Virus record (IMG/VR): IMGVR_UViG_3300020147_000012 | Coordinates: 1 to 50,910 of that record | Strand: one strand, 5' to 3' | Source: a virus | Taxonomy: Duplodnaviria; Caudoviricetes | Length of the DNA: 50,910 nucleotides | Shown here: piece by piece, positions 24,063 through 33,400 of the stretch | Layout: every line of letters begins with the position of its first letter | Numbering within the stretch: the first letter of the stretch is position 1 | Translations under genes and position numbers: made by a program | The notes under the pieces: model-generated | What the model saw: only the letters and a program-made list of their open reading frames with translations | What the model was told of the DNA's origin: nothing | The model's database searches: none

Positions 24063-24344
24063 ATGCAAGCGATGCAAGTCCAGCCGACCCGCAGCCCGAG
24101 TCCTTGCGAGTCCCGTGAGTGGGCCAAGTGCCAGGCTTGTGGCAGATTTCGGTACATGACCGTACATCACATTTACCCGAAACAATTTTTTCGGGGACAT
24201 GAAGCCCTTCGACGCAGAAGGGAAAAACTCTGTCGTGAATGTCATGACAAAGCAGAAGAAATGCTCGGTACGAAACGTCTTCCGGCCGAGGCTTACGAGC
24301 TTATCTGGAAGAAGTTCCTTGTCTCCTTTAGACGCGGTCACTGA
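24063..24344 (+). CDS. Small HNH-like Zn-binding protein (start uncertain)
   Basis: CQACG...TVHHIYP...LCRECH. Confidence 0.65.
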   Translation: MQAMQVQPTRSPSPCESREWAKCQACGRFRYMTVHHIYPKQFFRGHEALRRRREKLCRECHDKAEEMLGTKRLPAEAYELIWKKFLVSFRRGH

Positions 24345-24353
24345 CCGCATCGG

Positions 24354-24382
24354 AAGCCCTCAGAAATGGGGGCTTTTTCCTT
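24354..24382 (+). terminator. Intrinsic terminator
   Basis: AAGCCCTCA-GAAA-TGGGGGCTTTTT. Confidence 0.75.
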
Positions 24383-24446
24383 TACTTTTCCCCAATTACA
24401 ACATTGTTTTGTGATACAAAATGTGGTATAATATATGTATTAGATC

Positions 24447-24625
24447 TTTGAGTTTAGAGAGGTGGGAGGTGGTGAATAAATTAACGACCATAGAACGTGA
24501 CGATAGCCTGTATTGGTGTTGGACTATGGTGTGCCGCGTTGAGCCGGTCAACGATCTTCACCTTCAGAGTAGGTGTCACGACTCGCAAGCCACGTAGGAC
24601 TCACTCTCACCTTTCTGAACTCAAA
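24447..24625 (+). ncRNA. Structured 5' leader or sRNA with 22-bp closing stem and pseudoknot
   Basis: Promoter at 24422..24432; 24447..24468 pairs fully with 24604..24625. Confidence 0.7.
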
Positions 24626-24639
24626 CTTAAGTTTAATAC

Positions 24640-25044
24640 ATGGATAAATTCAAACCAGGAGATAAGGTTAGAAGAAAATTTGGCGATGCTATTGATGTTG
24701 TTGTATCGGTCCCAGGCGTGAAGGAATACGATCTAAAGGGGTTCGTTTATGCGGAGGAGGGCTTTGTACTTAAAAACTTTGGCTGGGAATTTCAAAAAGA
24801 CTGGGAGCTGCGTAGTGGTCCAAAACAAGGGAAATCCAAGACTGCAAAGTTTGTCCTGGCTTATCGTGGTGGCTGCTGCGAGGACACTACCGAAGAATTT
24901 GAAACTATCAACGAAATAAAAAAGCGCATAAAAGTCTTGCACGACGACGGCGAGATTGAAACAGATTCCATTCTTACCGTTTACGAAATAAAGAAAAAGC
25001 TTCCAGTCACCCTGGAAGACAAAGTTGTAATCAAAGGAATCTAG
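24640..25044 (+). CDS. Hypothetical protein
   Basis: 134 aa with a KFKPGDKVR SH3-like start. Confidence 0.75.
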   Translation: MDKFKPGDKVRRKFGDAIDVVVSVPGVKEYDLKGFVYAEEGFVLKNFGWEFQKDWELRSGPKQGKSKTAKFVLAYRGGCCEDTTEEFETINEIKKRIKVLHDDGEIETDSILTVYEIKKKLPVTLEDKVVIKGI

Positions 25045-25064
25045 CCGACACGCTGAACATTTAA

Positions 25065-25811
25065 ATGAAAATACTGCTATACGACATTGAGACTAGCCCG
25101 AACTTAGGCTATATCTGGGGAAAATACGAACAGGACGTAATCGAATACGAACGGGAAGGACACATGCTTTCCTTTGCCTACAAATGGTTGGGAGAGAAGA
25201 CGGTAAAGGCTTACTCCCTGCCTGATTTCCCTCTATACAAAAAGGAACCTGAGAACGACAAGGCTTTGGTCAAGAAACTATGGGAGCTTTTTAATGAGGC
25301 AGACGTAGTGATCGCCCACAACGGGGATCAATTTGATATGCGAAAGGCCAACGCCTTCTTTATCGCTAACGGGCTTACGCCGCCATCTCCTTACAAGACC
25401 GTGGACACTAAGAAGGTAGCCAAGCGGTATTTCATGTTCAACAGCAATAAGCTGGATGACCTAGGAAACTATCTAGGACTCGGCCGCAAGGCTCAGACGG
25501 GGGGATTCTCCCTTTGGAAAGGCTGCATGGAAGGCAACATGGAAGCCTGGAAGAAGATGGTCAAATACAACAAGCAGGACATCGTTCTTCTTGAGGAGAT
25601 CTATCTCAAGCTTCTTCCTTGGATCAGCAACCATCCGAACGTAAACATTTTTGACGAAAAAACGGCAGCTTGCCCCAACTGCGGCGGCCAACATATCCAG
25701 AAGCGAGGGAAGGGTGCCAATGCCCTCACGACGTACCAGCGGTATCAGTGCATGGATTGCGGCAAGTGGAGCAAGAGCAAAGCCGAAAGGACAGAGATAA
25801 GCATACGGTGA
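25065..25811 (+). CDS. RNase H-like / DnaQ-type 3'-5' exonuclease with C-terminal Zn ribbon
   Basis: YDIET, AHNGDQFD and YNKQD motifs; CPNCG...CMDCG. Confidence 0.88.
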   Translation: MKILLYDIETSPNLGYIWGKYEQDVIEYEREGHMLSFAYKWLGEKTVKAYSLPDFPLYKKEPENDKALVKKLWELFNEADVVIAHNGDQFDMRKANAFFIANGLTPPSPYKTVDTKKVAKRYFMFNSNKLDDLGNYLGLGRKAQTGGFSLWKGCMEGNMEAWKKMVKYNKQDIVLLEEIYLKLLPWISNHPNVNIFDEKTAACPNCGGQHIQKRGKGANALTTYQRYQCMDCGKWSKSKAERTEISIR

Positions 25812-25836
25812 GTTTTAATAACTAAAGCCAAGCAAG

Positions 25837-26076
25837 ATGAGCGTACAAACCTGGGAACAGAAAGCAGCCAAGATCACTAAGAAGCTGAATAGCCTCAAGA
25901 TCAAGGGCCAAGTCATCGTAGCGTTCGACGAGCCTTACGTCAGGGGAGAAGGGGAGGAGGATTACGTCCACGATTGCAAGCTAATAAAAAAGGCCGGACT
26001 GAAGATCAATCCAGCAGAAACGATTGAACCTGGCCTATTCTACAAGAACTACCAGATCTGCCTGATAGTAGACTAG
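25837..26076 (+). CDS. Hypothetical protein
   Basis: 79 aa, last gene of the + strand operon. Confidence 0.65.
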   Translation: MSVQTWEQKAAKITKKLNSLKIKGQVIVAFDEPYVRGEGEEDYVHDCKLIKKAGLKINPAETIEPGLFYKNYQICLIVD

Positions 26077-26429
26077 GAGATAGTGATGACGGCCCTCGGG
26101 TCGTCTTTGTCTACGCCACCAAAAGAAAGGGTTACGCTTGGGACCACGAACCAGTTGTCATCCTCTATAATGCCGTTATCTACAAGCAGGTCCATGATGG
26201 ATTCTGCTTTGTTCGTTAGGTCAGTAGGACGCTTGTCAGGGGCGTAGAAGACTATGGAAATAGATTCAATACCCACTACGGGCTTGAGTCCCTTGAGACA
26301 GAGGCTTTGTTCTTTCTGCCAGGCCGTATAGTTGGCAGACGGCAAAAGCATTGGTCTACTGCCTCGGCAGACCATCATCTTTGAATTCTTCTTGGAAGGG
26401 ATTCTACCCTTCAGAACAATTTGGAGCAT
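26073..26429 (-). CDS. rusA: RusA-like Holliday junction resolvase
   Basis: PSKKN, D..NKAESIMDLL...GIIEDDN and PRAVITI motifs. Confidence 0.85.
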   Translation of the reverse strand: MLQIVLKGRIPSKKNSKMMVCRGSRPMLLPSANYTAWQKEQSLCLKGLKPVVGIESISIVFYAPDKRPTDLTNKAESIMDLLVDNGIIEDDNWFVVPSVTLSFGGVDKDDPRAVITIS

Positions 26430-26569
26430 TAGTCGCGGTAGTGCTTCTCCAAAATGTCGCGTATGATCTTCGATGGCCGGACGGCCTTGCTCTCGGAATC
26501 TTTCTTAATCAACTGTTTCAGTCGTTTCGGAATACGGACAATCAGGAAGTCGTCGTTCTTCTCTTTCAT
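26429..26569 (-). CDS. Ribbon-helix-helix (Arc/CopG-like) regulator, 46 aa
   Basis: Manual translation MKEKNDDFLIVRIPKRLKQLIKKDSESKAVRPSKIIRDILEKHYRD; promoter at 26583..26593. Confidence 0.7.
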   Translation of the reverse strand: MKEKNDDFLIVRIPKRLKQLIKKDSESKAVRPSKIIRDILEKHYRD

Positions 26570-26613
26570 GCGGTATGTTTATATTATACCACATTTTATT
26601 GCATTACGCAATA

Positions 26614-27699
26614 CTATTTATTGAACAATTGGTTCAATTTGGCGATGGTCTTAGGACCGACCTGAAGACCAGCAAGCGATTGAATCTCTGCTACTGATGC
26701 AACCTTGTGCTTGAGTTGGAATTTCACAACAGCCTCCCGTGTGACGTTGCCGTAGTAGCCAGTAACGACATAGGTGTAGCAACCATCAGCCTTCAGGGCC
26801 AGCTGCAAGGCTTCAACGTCCTTGCTCCGCTCGCCGTGCTTGATAGTCTTAGTGAACTTGTAGCTAAATTGCTTTGGAAGCTTCTTGGCTTCCTGTATGA
26901 TCTTGTTTGGAACATCAACGAACGTCAGGCCTTCGCTGATATTATTCTTCCATTCAGACCACCAGAACCAGTTGGTCCCGTCATCAGCCCAGTCCTTCGA
27001 CCAGGAGTTTAATATGTAAAACTTAGTGTCATCGCCCACGTCTTCATAGCCATAGAGATATAACTGGTGGCCAGAGACAACTGAGCCAGGCTTGCGGAGC
27101 GGGACGATCTTCTTCTTGTCCCAAGTGCTATTGCCCTTGGCATCCGTCCACCATTCGCTACCAATACGCATCAGGATAGATGCGCCATTGGATTCAACGA
27201 TGGCTTGCTTAAGGCCGTCTTTAGAGATGGTGATAAAAGCGTATCCCTTGATCTTGTTTTCAGCCGCTTCAGCGAAGGCTGCCTGGGGAATATTGTCTAT
27301 ATTGCGGGAATAAACGTACTCCTCATGAGAAAGAGTGGTGTCATTGGGAACCGTTTTCGTGGTTGCAATGCCATAGTCTTGGACAATCTTGGCGGCAAGG
27401 CGAGGGTAGGTGCCTTCACCCGCATAGCCATCCTTAGCCTTGGCGATAGCGTAAACGAAACGAGGGGATTCAGGGATGATGAAACCCGTATCAACGAAAT
27501 CCAAGTATTGTTTGTATTTGGTGTGGCCGTGTCCTACACATGCTCCAAGTTTGCGCTGGTGCTCAACAGGCAGGTCATCAATAGGCACAAAGTATTCATC
27601 TGGGTAAGATTTGAACTCACCGACAACCGCAGCAAGCGGGATGTCTCGATAGTCCGTTGGAGATGGAAAAGCCCCGAAGGCGGGGATGAAGTCTGTCAT
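26614..27699 (-). CDS. Endolysin: papain-like (C1) cysteine peptidase plus peptidoglycan-binding domain
   Basis: Catalytic motifs Q..LGACVG, SGHQLYLYGY and NSW...W; C-terminal DVEALQ...GYYG..T..AV..FQ...VGPKT. Confidence 0.85.
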   Translation of the reverse strand: MTDFIPAFGAFPSPTDYRDIPLAAVVGEFKSYPDEYFVPIDDLPVEHQRKLGACVGHGHTKYKQYLDFVDTGFIIPESPRFVYAIAKAKDGYAGEGTYPRLAAKIVQDYGIATTKTVPNDTTLSHEEYVYSRNIDNIPQAAFAEAAENKIKGYAFITISKDGLKQAIVESNGASILMRIGSEWWTDAKGNSTWDKKKIVPLRKPGSVVSGHQLYLYGYEDVGDDTKFYILNSWSKDWADDGTNWFWWSEWKNNISEGLTFVDVPNKIIQEAKKLPKQFSYKFTKTIKHGERSKDVEALQLALKADGCYTYVVTGYYGNVTREAVVKFQLKHKVASVAEIQSLAGLQVGPKTIAKLNQLFNK

Positions 27700-27700
27700 A

Positions 27701-27928
27701 TTAGTTTAAAAGCTTCCGTACCAGCTGGCCGATAGTACGACCAACAGGACCGAGAGATAAGATGATACCGATGGTTATTGATATGATAACCAACCCTTGA
27801 CCCGCCCACTTGCCCAATTTCGTGACCGCAACATACGTTTCAGCCATAGGCTTCAAGATTTCCTTAAGTTCTTGAATTTCTTTCGTTAAACTTTCCACCT
27901 GCTCCGTAGTTGCGTATCTATCTGCCAT
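27701..27928 (-). CDS. Putative holin / membrane protein
   Basis: Coiled coil plus one TM, directly upstream of the endolysin. Confidence 0.6.
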   Translation of the reverse strand: MADRYATTEQVESLTKEIQELKEILKPMAETYVAVTKLGKWAGQGLVIISITIGIILSLGPVGRTIGQLVRKLLN

Positions 27929-27962
27929 ATTGGGGATAACTTGCTTGAGTGTATTGCAAAAA

Positions 27963-28004
27963 TGTGGTATAATTATAGCAGGTCAGTGTAGATATTATAC
28001 CACA
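27963..28004. promoter_or_regulatory. Face-to-face extended -10 promoters (groEL vs lysis)
   Basis: TGTGGTATAAT at 27963..27973 (+) and at 27994..28004 (-). Confidence 0.7.
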
Positions 28005-28024
28005 GAATTACCGTAATTGCAAGA

Positions 28025-29614
28025 ATGAACAAGAAAGTATTCCGATTCTCAGAAGTTAAAGACAAAGTAGTAAAAGCAGTAGACACTCTAGCTGACCCGA
28101 TACGTCAAACGATGTCCCCGAAAGGCGGCAACGTCATATACGAGGATGATCGTGGCGATCAGTTTGTAACAAACGACGGCGTAACGATAGCAAAGAACAT
28201 ACGGCTGAAAGATCCGGTTGAAAACGCTGTCGTCGAGATCATTAAGCACTCAGCCCTTCGGACCAATACCGAAGCCGGTGATGGAACCAGCACAACAATC
28301 CTCCTATCCAGCATCTTGATTAAGGAAGGTATCCGATTGATCGAGAATGAGGGCTGGAACAGGATGGACCTAAAACGAGAATACGAGATCTTCGCTGACC
28401 AGATGATAGAAAATCTGAAAGGACAGATCAGGAAGATAGAGTCAGACGACGACCTATTCTTTGTTTCCAAGATCTCTGCCAACAACGACGATGAGATTGC
28501 TAAAGACATCGTTCGCGTAGTCAAAGTCGCGGGCCAGGATGGCCATGTCATCATTGAGCCTAGCTTCGGCAAGGAGACAGAGATCATCGAAGATACCGGC
28601 TTCATCATTGAAGCTGGCATGTTGACTCCCGAGCTGCGGAACAATCCGCAAGCTATGATGGCATCGTACAACGATGTTCCGGTTCTTATCACCGACAAAC
28701 GCCTCTACTACGCCCAGGAAGCCGAAACGATCCTGAAGACCTGCCTCATGAATGGGTACAAGCAGGTCGTGATCGTGGCCCAGGACTTCATTGGGGAGGC
28801 ACTACCGTTCTTCGTAGCCAACCACCAGCAGGGACAGATCCAGGTATTGCTGGTTAAGGACGTACAGGCAAAGGAAGGGACAGACACGTTAGAAGACCTG
28901 GCTACCTACTTGGGTGGCAAGGTCATAGCCGAAAAGAACGGCAGCATCGTAGACAAGCTTACTATCGAAGACTTTGTTATTGCCAACCGCGTGTTTTCCG
29001 ACACCGGCAAGACAGTCATCATCCGTAAGACCGAAGACACAAAAGCGATTGAAGATCGGGTTGAAACGTTGCGTAAGGAGATGGACAAGATCGGCAACCA
29101 AGAAGACCCGAAGCACATGAAGCTCAAGAAGCGGGTATCATCACTGACCAACGGCATGGTGACGATCAAGGTTGCCGGCAATAACCCTCTCGAAATACGG
29201 GAGAAGATCTTCAGGTACGAGGACGCAGTTAATGCCGCCCGTGCAGCCATGCGTGACGGCTACCTTGTGGGAGGTGGCCTCAGCGTATTCTGGTCATTCA
29301 TGCAGACCGGAGTTCACCCAGAACTCCACAAGACCTTCAAGCGGGTGGCAGAAGCGAACATCCGTCAGATAGCGGAGAACTGCGGCCTGTACGGCGATAA
29401 CGTCATTGAGAACATCCTGACGTTTGACCCTGACATGAACACCTACGGCTTCAACGCCATGAGCGGACAATTCGAAGACCTGCTGCAAGCCGGTATCATC
29501 GACCCGTTCAAGGTTACGGAAATGGCGATCCGAAACTCAGTGTCTATCGCCAACGTGTTCATCAGTAGCGATTATATAGTTATCAACGATATAGAAGAAA
29601 AAGATGGAAAGTAA
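28025..29614 (+). CDS. groEL: Phage-encoded chaperonin GroEL
   Basis: TMSPKG, TNDGVTIAK, AGDGTST, ISANND, EDAVNAARAA, GGG and GIIDPFKV motifs; no GGM tail. Confidence 0.95.
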   Translation: MNKKVFRFSEVKDKVVKAVDTLADPIRQTMSPKGGNVIYEDDRGDQFVTNDGVTIAKNIRLKDPVENAVVEIIKHSALRTNTEAGDGTSTTILLSSILIKEGIRLIENEGWNRMDLKREYEIFADQMIENLKGQIRKIESDDDLFFVSKISANNDDEIAKDIVRVVKVAGQDGHVIIEPSFGKETEIIEDTGFIIEAGMLTPELRNNPQAMMASYNDVPVLITDKRLYYAQEAETILKTCLMNGYKQVVIVAQDFIGEALPFFVANHQQGQIQVLLVKDVQAKEGTDTLEDLATYLGGKVIAEKNGSIVDKLTIEDFVIANRVFSDTGKTVIIRKTEDTKAIEDRVETLRKEMDKIGNQEDPKHMKLKKRVSSLTNGMVTIKVAGNNPLEIREKIFRYEDAVNAARAAMRDGYLVGGGLSVFWSFMQTGVHPELHKTFKRVAEANIRQIAENCGLYGDNVIENILTFDPDMNTYGFNAMSGQFEDLLQAGIIDPFKVTEMAIRNSVSIANVFISSDYIVINDIEEKDGK

Positions 29615-29825
29615 CCCAACGACAGATCAGGCGGCAATCGCTGCTGAATTGAACGAGCGCAAGGAAAAGGCGGCAGTCAAGATCGAAGAGGTATTGAACG
29701 AGTTCGAACTAGGACTCCAGGCAGTATTGATCTACGGCCGCACCCAGATCAACTCAAACGTAATCCTGGTGGACGCAAGGAAGCCAGCTGAAGACAAGAA
29801 AGAAGATGGAGAAACAGCAGCCTAA
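29604..29825 (+). CDS. Hypothetical protein between groEL and groES
   Basis: 73 aa, overlapping both neighbours. Confidence 0.7.
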   Translation: MESNPTTDQAAIAAELNERKEKAAVKIEEVLNEFELGLQAVLIYGRTQINSNVILVDARKPAEDKKEDGETAA

Positions 29826-30117
29826 ATTGGCAGACTATACCTTTCTCCGCGACCATGCTTTGGTCAAACCGTTGGCTATGGAGTCAACGATGGGATTGGT
29901 AAAGCCGGACCAGTACGATGACAAGCCTGAAGAGGGAATCGTCATCGCGGTTGGCGAAGGGAGAATTTCAGAAAACGGCACACTGATCCCGACCAAGCTG
30001 CAAGCAGGAGATAGGATTCTGTTCAGTAAATACAGTTCAGAGCAGATACGACGTGATGGTGAAGACTATCTCCTGGTTAGAGAGGAAGACATTAAAGCAA
30101 TAGCACCACGCCAATAA
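29806..30117 (+). CDS. groES: Co-chaperonin GroES
   Basis: GLVKPD...KPEEGIVIAVGEG...GDRILFSKYS...DYLLVREEDI. Confidence 0.93.
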   Translation: MEKQQPKLADYTFLRDHALVKPLAMESTMGLVKPDQYDDKPEEGIVIAVGEGRISENGTLIPTKLQAGDRILFSKYSSEQIRRDGEDYLLVREEDIKAIAPRQ

Positions 30118-30118
30118 T

Positions 30119-30322
30119 ATGAAAAACACCATCGAACAGGACTTTGCCCGACTTATTAAGGATAGTCCTACCACCAGCTCATTAGTCTGTTTCGCCCGAG
30201 CGATCAAGGGAAAGAAATATACGCCTTCATTGATAGAACGGAACTTACCCCATTTCGTCGAGAAGGATGACTATGCTGGCAGTTCGCGGGTGGAATTATT
30301 GGACTGGTTGGTGACGTTGTAA
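30119..30322 (+). CDS. Hypothetical protein
   Basis: 67 aa after groES. Confidence 0.65.
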   Translation: MKNTIEQDFARLIKDSPTTSSLVCFARAIKGKKYTPSLIERNLPHFVEKDDYAGSSRVELLDWLVTL

Positions 30323-30373
30323 TATAAGGGTATTCTAGGGTTAATTTTCCCTAAAATGCCCCAGGACGAAGAG

Positions 30374-30402
30374 AAAAGACCCAGGTTGATCCTTGGGTCT
30401 TT
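30374..30402. terminator. Bidirectional terminator between convergent operons
   Basis: AAAAGACCCA...TGGGTCTTTT. Confidence 0.75.
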
Positions 30403-30407
30403 TGCTG

Positions 30408-33400
30408 TTAGAAACCTTTGAAATCCTTCTGTTTGTCGTCTTTGGGAATGAAGGCTCGCTTATAGGTGGCAACCACGTTTGCTTTGTCGAGGAGCTTTTC
30501 CAGCTTGTCGCGGGTTTCCTTTTCGCGCTTAGCCGCTTCCTGTTCAACATCGAAAGCGTAAGGGCGAACGCCGATCAGCTGTTGCATGATCTTGTTCTGT
30601 TCAGACACGTCTACGGTCTGCATCTGTTTGACCGAAGAGAGGATGCGGGCGTATGGGAAGTTAAGTATGAGGTTCATTCGCTCAGGGCGCAGCGAGACAT
30701 ACCAGGTAAAATCAGAGCCGTCTGATCGTTTGCCTTTGATCTCAGTGAAGCCGATCAAGTCTTTAATGACAGGAGGAGCTGATTTAAATGCTGCCGCATT
30801 GGTAACGTCCGACAACATCTTGCCTTGGAAGAACGAGTAGCCAGACATCTGTTCGACAGGAGTTCTGACCAGCGGGGAGATCGAACCCAGGAAGACATTA
30901 GGCTGGAAAGCGACAAAGGGTTGTTCAAGCGGCGTGCCAAGACCTGTCAGGATCTCAACGGTGCTGCCTTTCTTCTTGGACAAGATGCCTACGCCTTGCG
31001 TCACCCAGTCAGGGAGAGCGGCTTTTTCTTCTTCGGTCAGTTCACCGCCCGAAAGAACGTCACCCAATGTTTGAATAGTCTTAGCCTGAGCCGCAACACG
31101 GCCAGGGGTAGTTACGAGAGACCGAGCCTGAAGCTCCAGGTTCTTGCGGGTGAATGTATAGAAAGGAATCATTCGGCGCAAGAAAGTACGCTCGAAGTTT
31201 GTGAGGTTTTGGTAGTCGAACAAGAACATCTTAGTCCGCTGAGCGGCCAACGTTACATCGCCAGTGTTCTTAAGGTTGGCAATGAAGTCCACCAAACGAG
31301 CCTGTTCTTCAACTAACTTACCGACAGCGAAACCAGCGTCAACAGGAGCTTTAATAGCCTTCTTTGCACCCTTCTTGACCGTCATATTCTTCATGCCAGG
31401 GAAAAGATCAGAGCCGCCAATAGGAGTAACGTCCATTGCCCCAGAGAACTTGCCACCGAAAGCTACGCCATTGGTTTTAATGGCTTCACGCAATTCGCCA
31501 AAGCTCCATTCATGGCCAGTGGCATCAGTGAATAATTTCTTGGTCATCAATTCGTAAAGTTCATCCTGAGCTTTGTTGGTCACTTTTGTTTGTGATCCAT
31601 TAACAAGCCCCTCTTTAAAGAGCATACTATCAGACATTCCTAAGTTGCCGTCACGAATCAGTTCGTCATTTTTTCTACTCAAGAAATCATCCATTATTTT
31701 ACCAGCTTTATCTCGACCAAAAGCTCTCTGAATACCGGAGATAAAACTTTTAACTAGATTCTTCATGTGTCCAAAAACCGAACGTGTAGCAGAGTCCATC
31801 GCCTTAAATCGGTCAAAGGTCTTATCAGTAAGATTTTCAGCAAACCATTCATCAATATTCTTGAGTCGGTAAGTCTCATTACTATACATAGTCTTCCAAT
31901 AATCAGAGTCCAGTTCCTTCTTGAGAAATGGTTCAGCTTTGGGGAACTCCTTAATGAAAGCATCTCTTTCTACCGTGGTCATGCCACCAGCATTATCCAG
32001 TAGTTTTTCCCATTCTGGGTGGGACTTAATGTAAGTTTTTTTATCACGCTCGAAGGTCTTTTTAACCCCTGCGATTTGATCTTCTGGTAGGAAGCGTGAT
32101 AATGAGTGCCATAACTCATGGATAACAGTACGATCAAACTTGCCACCGTTTTCAGTGATGCTCTTTTTAAATATTGATACAACACTTCTACCAAATTCAT
32201 ACTGCCCTTGTTGGCCTCCGTTCTTAAATATCTGAAGACCTACATCATCAAACATATGTTCTCCTATGTCATCGACAAATCTTTGAATAGCATCAATCTG
32301 TTCACGAGGAATAGCTAATGCAGTTTTATCAACTAACTGCTTAGCCTTAGAATACGGAAGCGTATCTCCCTCTCTTGCAAGTTGCCTTTCAGCTGACATA
32401 CCAAATCCTGTATCAGCTCGAAGTTTGGCAATGAGTTCGTCTGCACCACGAGGAATATCCACACCCTGTCTTTCCGCTGCTGGCACAAACGGTTCACGTG
32501 CTCGACCCAAATCTATTCGTTGATTAAGTTGTGATTCCTTACTGTATAGGGAATCTATATCTTTCTTTGTACCAACTACAAAATCTGCCATGTCTTCAAC
32601 AGTATTGCTTGGTAATACTGTTGCTTTTTTGGATATTGAAGCAGGATTAAATGCCATTGCCTCAGCCTGAAGCTTGGCGAACTTGCGGTCCAAGTAAACC
32701 AATTGGGCAGCCTGGCTGTGAATAGCAGGATTGAGAGAGTGAACGCCCAGGTCCATCATGTGCAGGAAGACGTTCGAAATAGCATTGCGGCCGTGGAAGG
32801 CTGGGAAGATCGCCGTAACCGAAGCTTTCCACAGGTTCTGGAGGCCATCAAAAGCTTTCAAGAACTCGTTAGAAGCAGGGTCAGTGATGACCGCACCGGC
32901 GAAATCTTCGATCCTTTTAGCGACTGCTGGATGGAAGAGGATGTGTTCGCCTTCGGAGCCGAGGATCATGCCAGCATCGAAATCCGCCATATCCTTGATC
33001 TTCTTGGCATTGAGCTTGACCCAACCCTGCGGAGCGACAGTCTCGTAAGCCCCCATCTTGGAAGCCACCTCACGCATCAGAAGCTTAGCCGTGCTTGCCT
33101 TGATGTTATCCATAGACCGCGCCACATGGGCGGTAATGATGTTGTCGTCGAAGATCTCCATGCCGGAGTTCTTCATTTCCTTGAAGACGTTATCAATTAC
33201 TTTCTGGTCCTTCTCGCCAAGTACCACCTGTTCCAACTTATCCAACGAAGCATCATCAGACTTAAAGATCGTCTGGTCGATAGTACGTTGCTTTACTGCG
33301 CCGGTAGCGTCAGATAGGGGACGGGTGAAAGGGATAGCCTGGATCTTGCTCGGCACGAGCATGTGCGGCACGTGATTGTCACGAAAGGCGACAGGGATGC

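Noticed and set aside
24497-24721. 74-aa ORF in the structured leader
   Set aside because: It has a GTG start inside a helix-rich region and overlaps the better-supported gene at 24640 out of frame.
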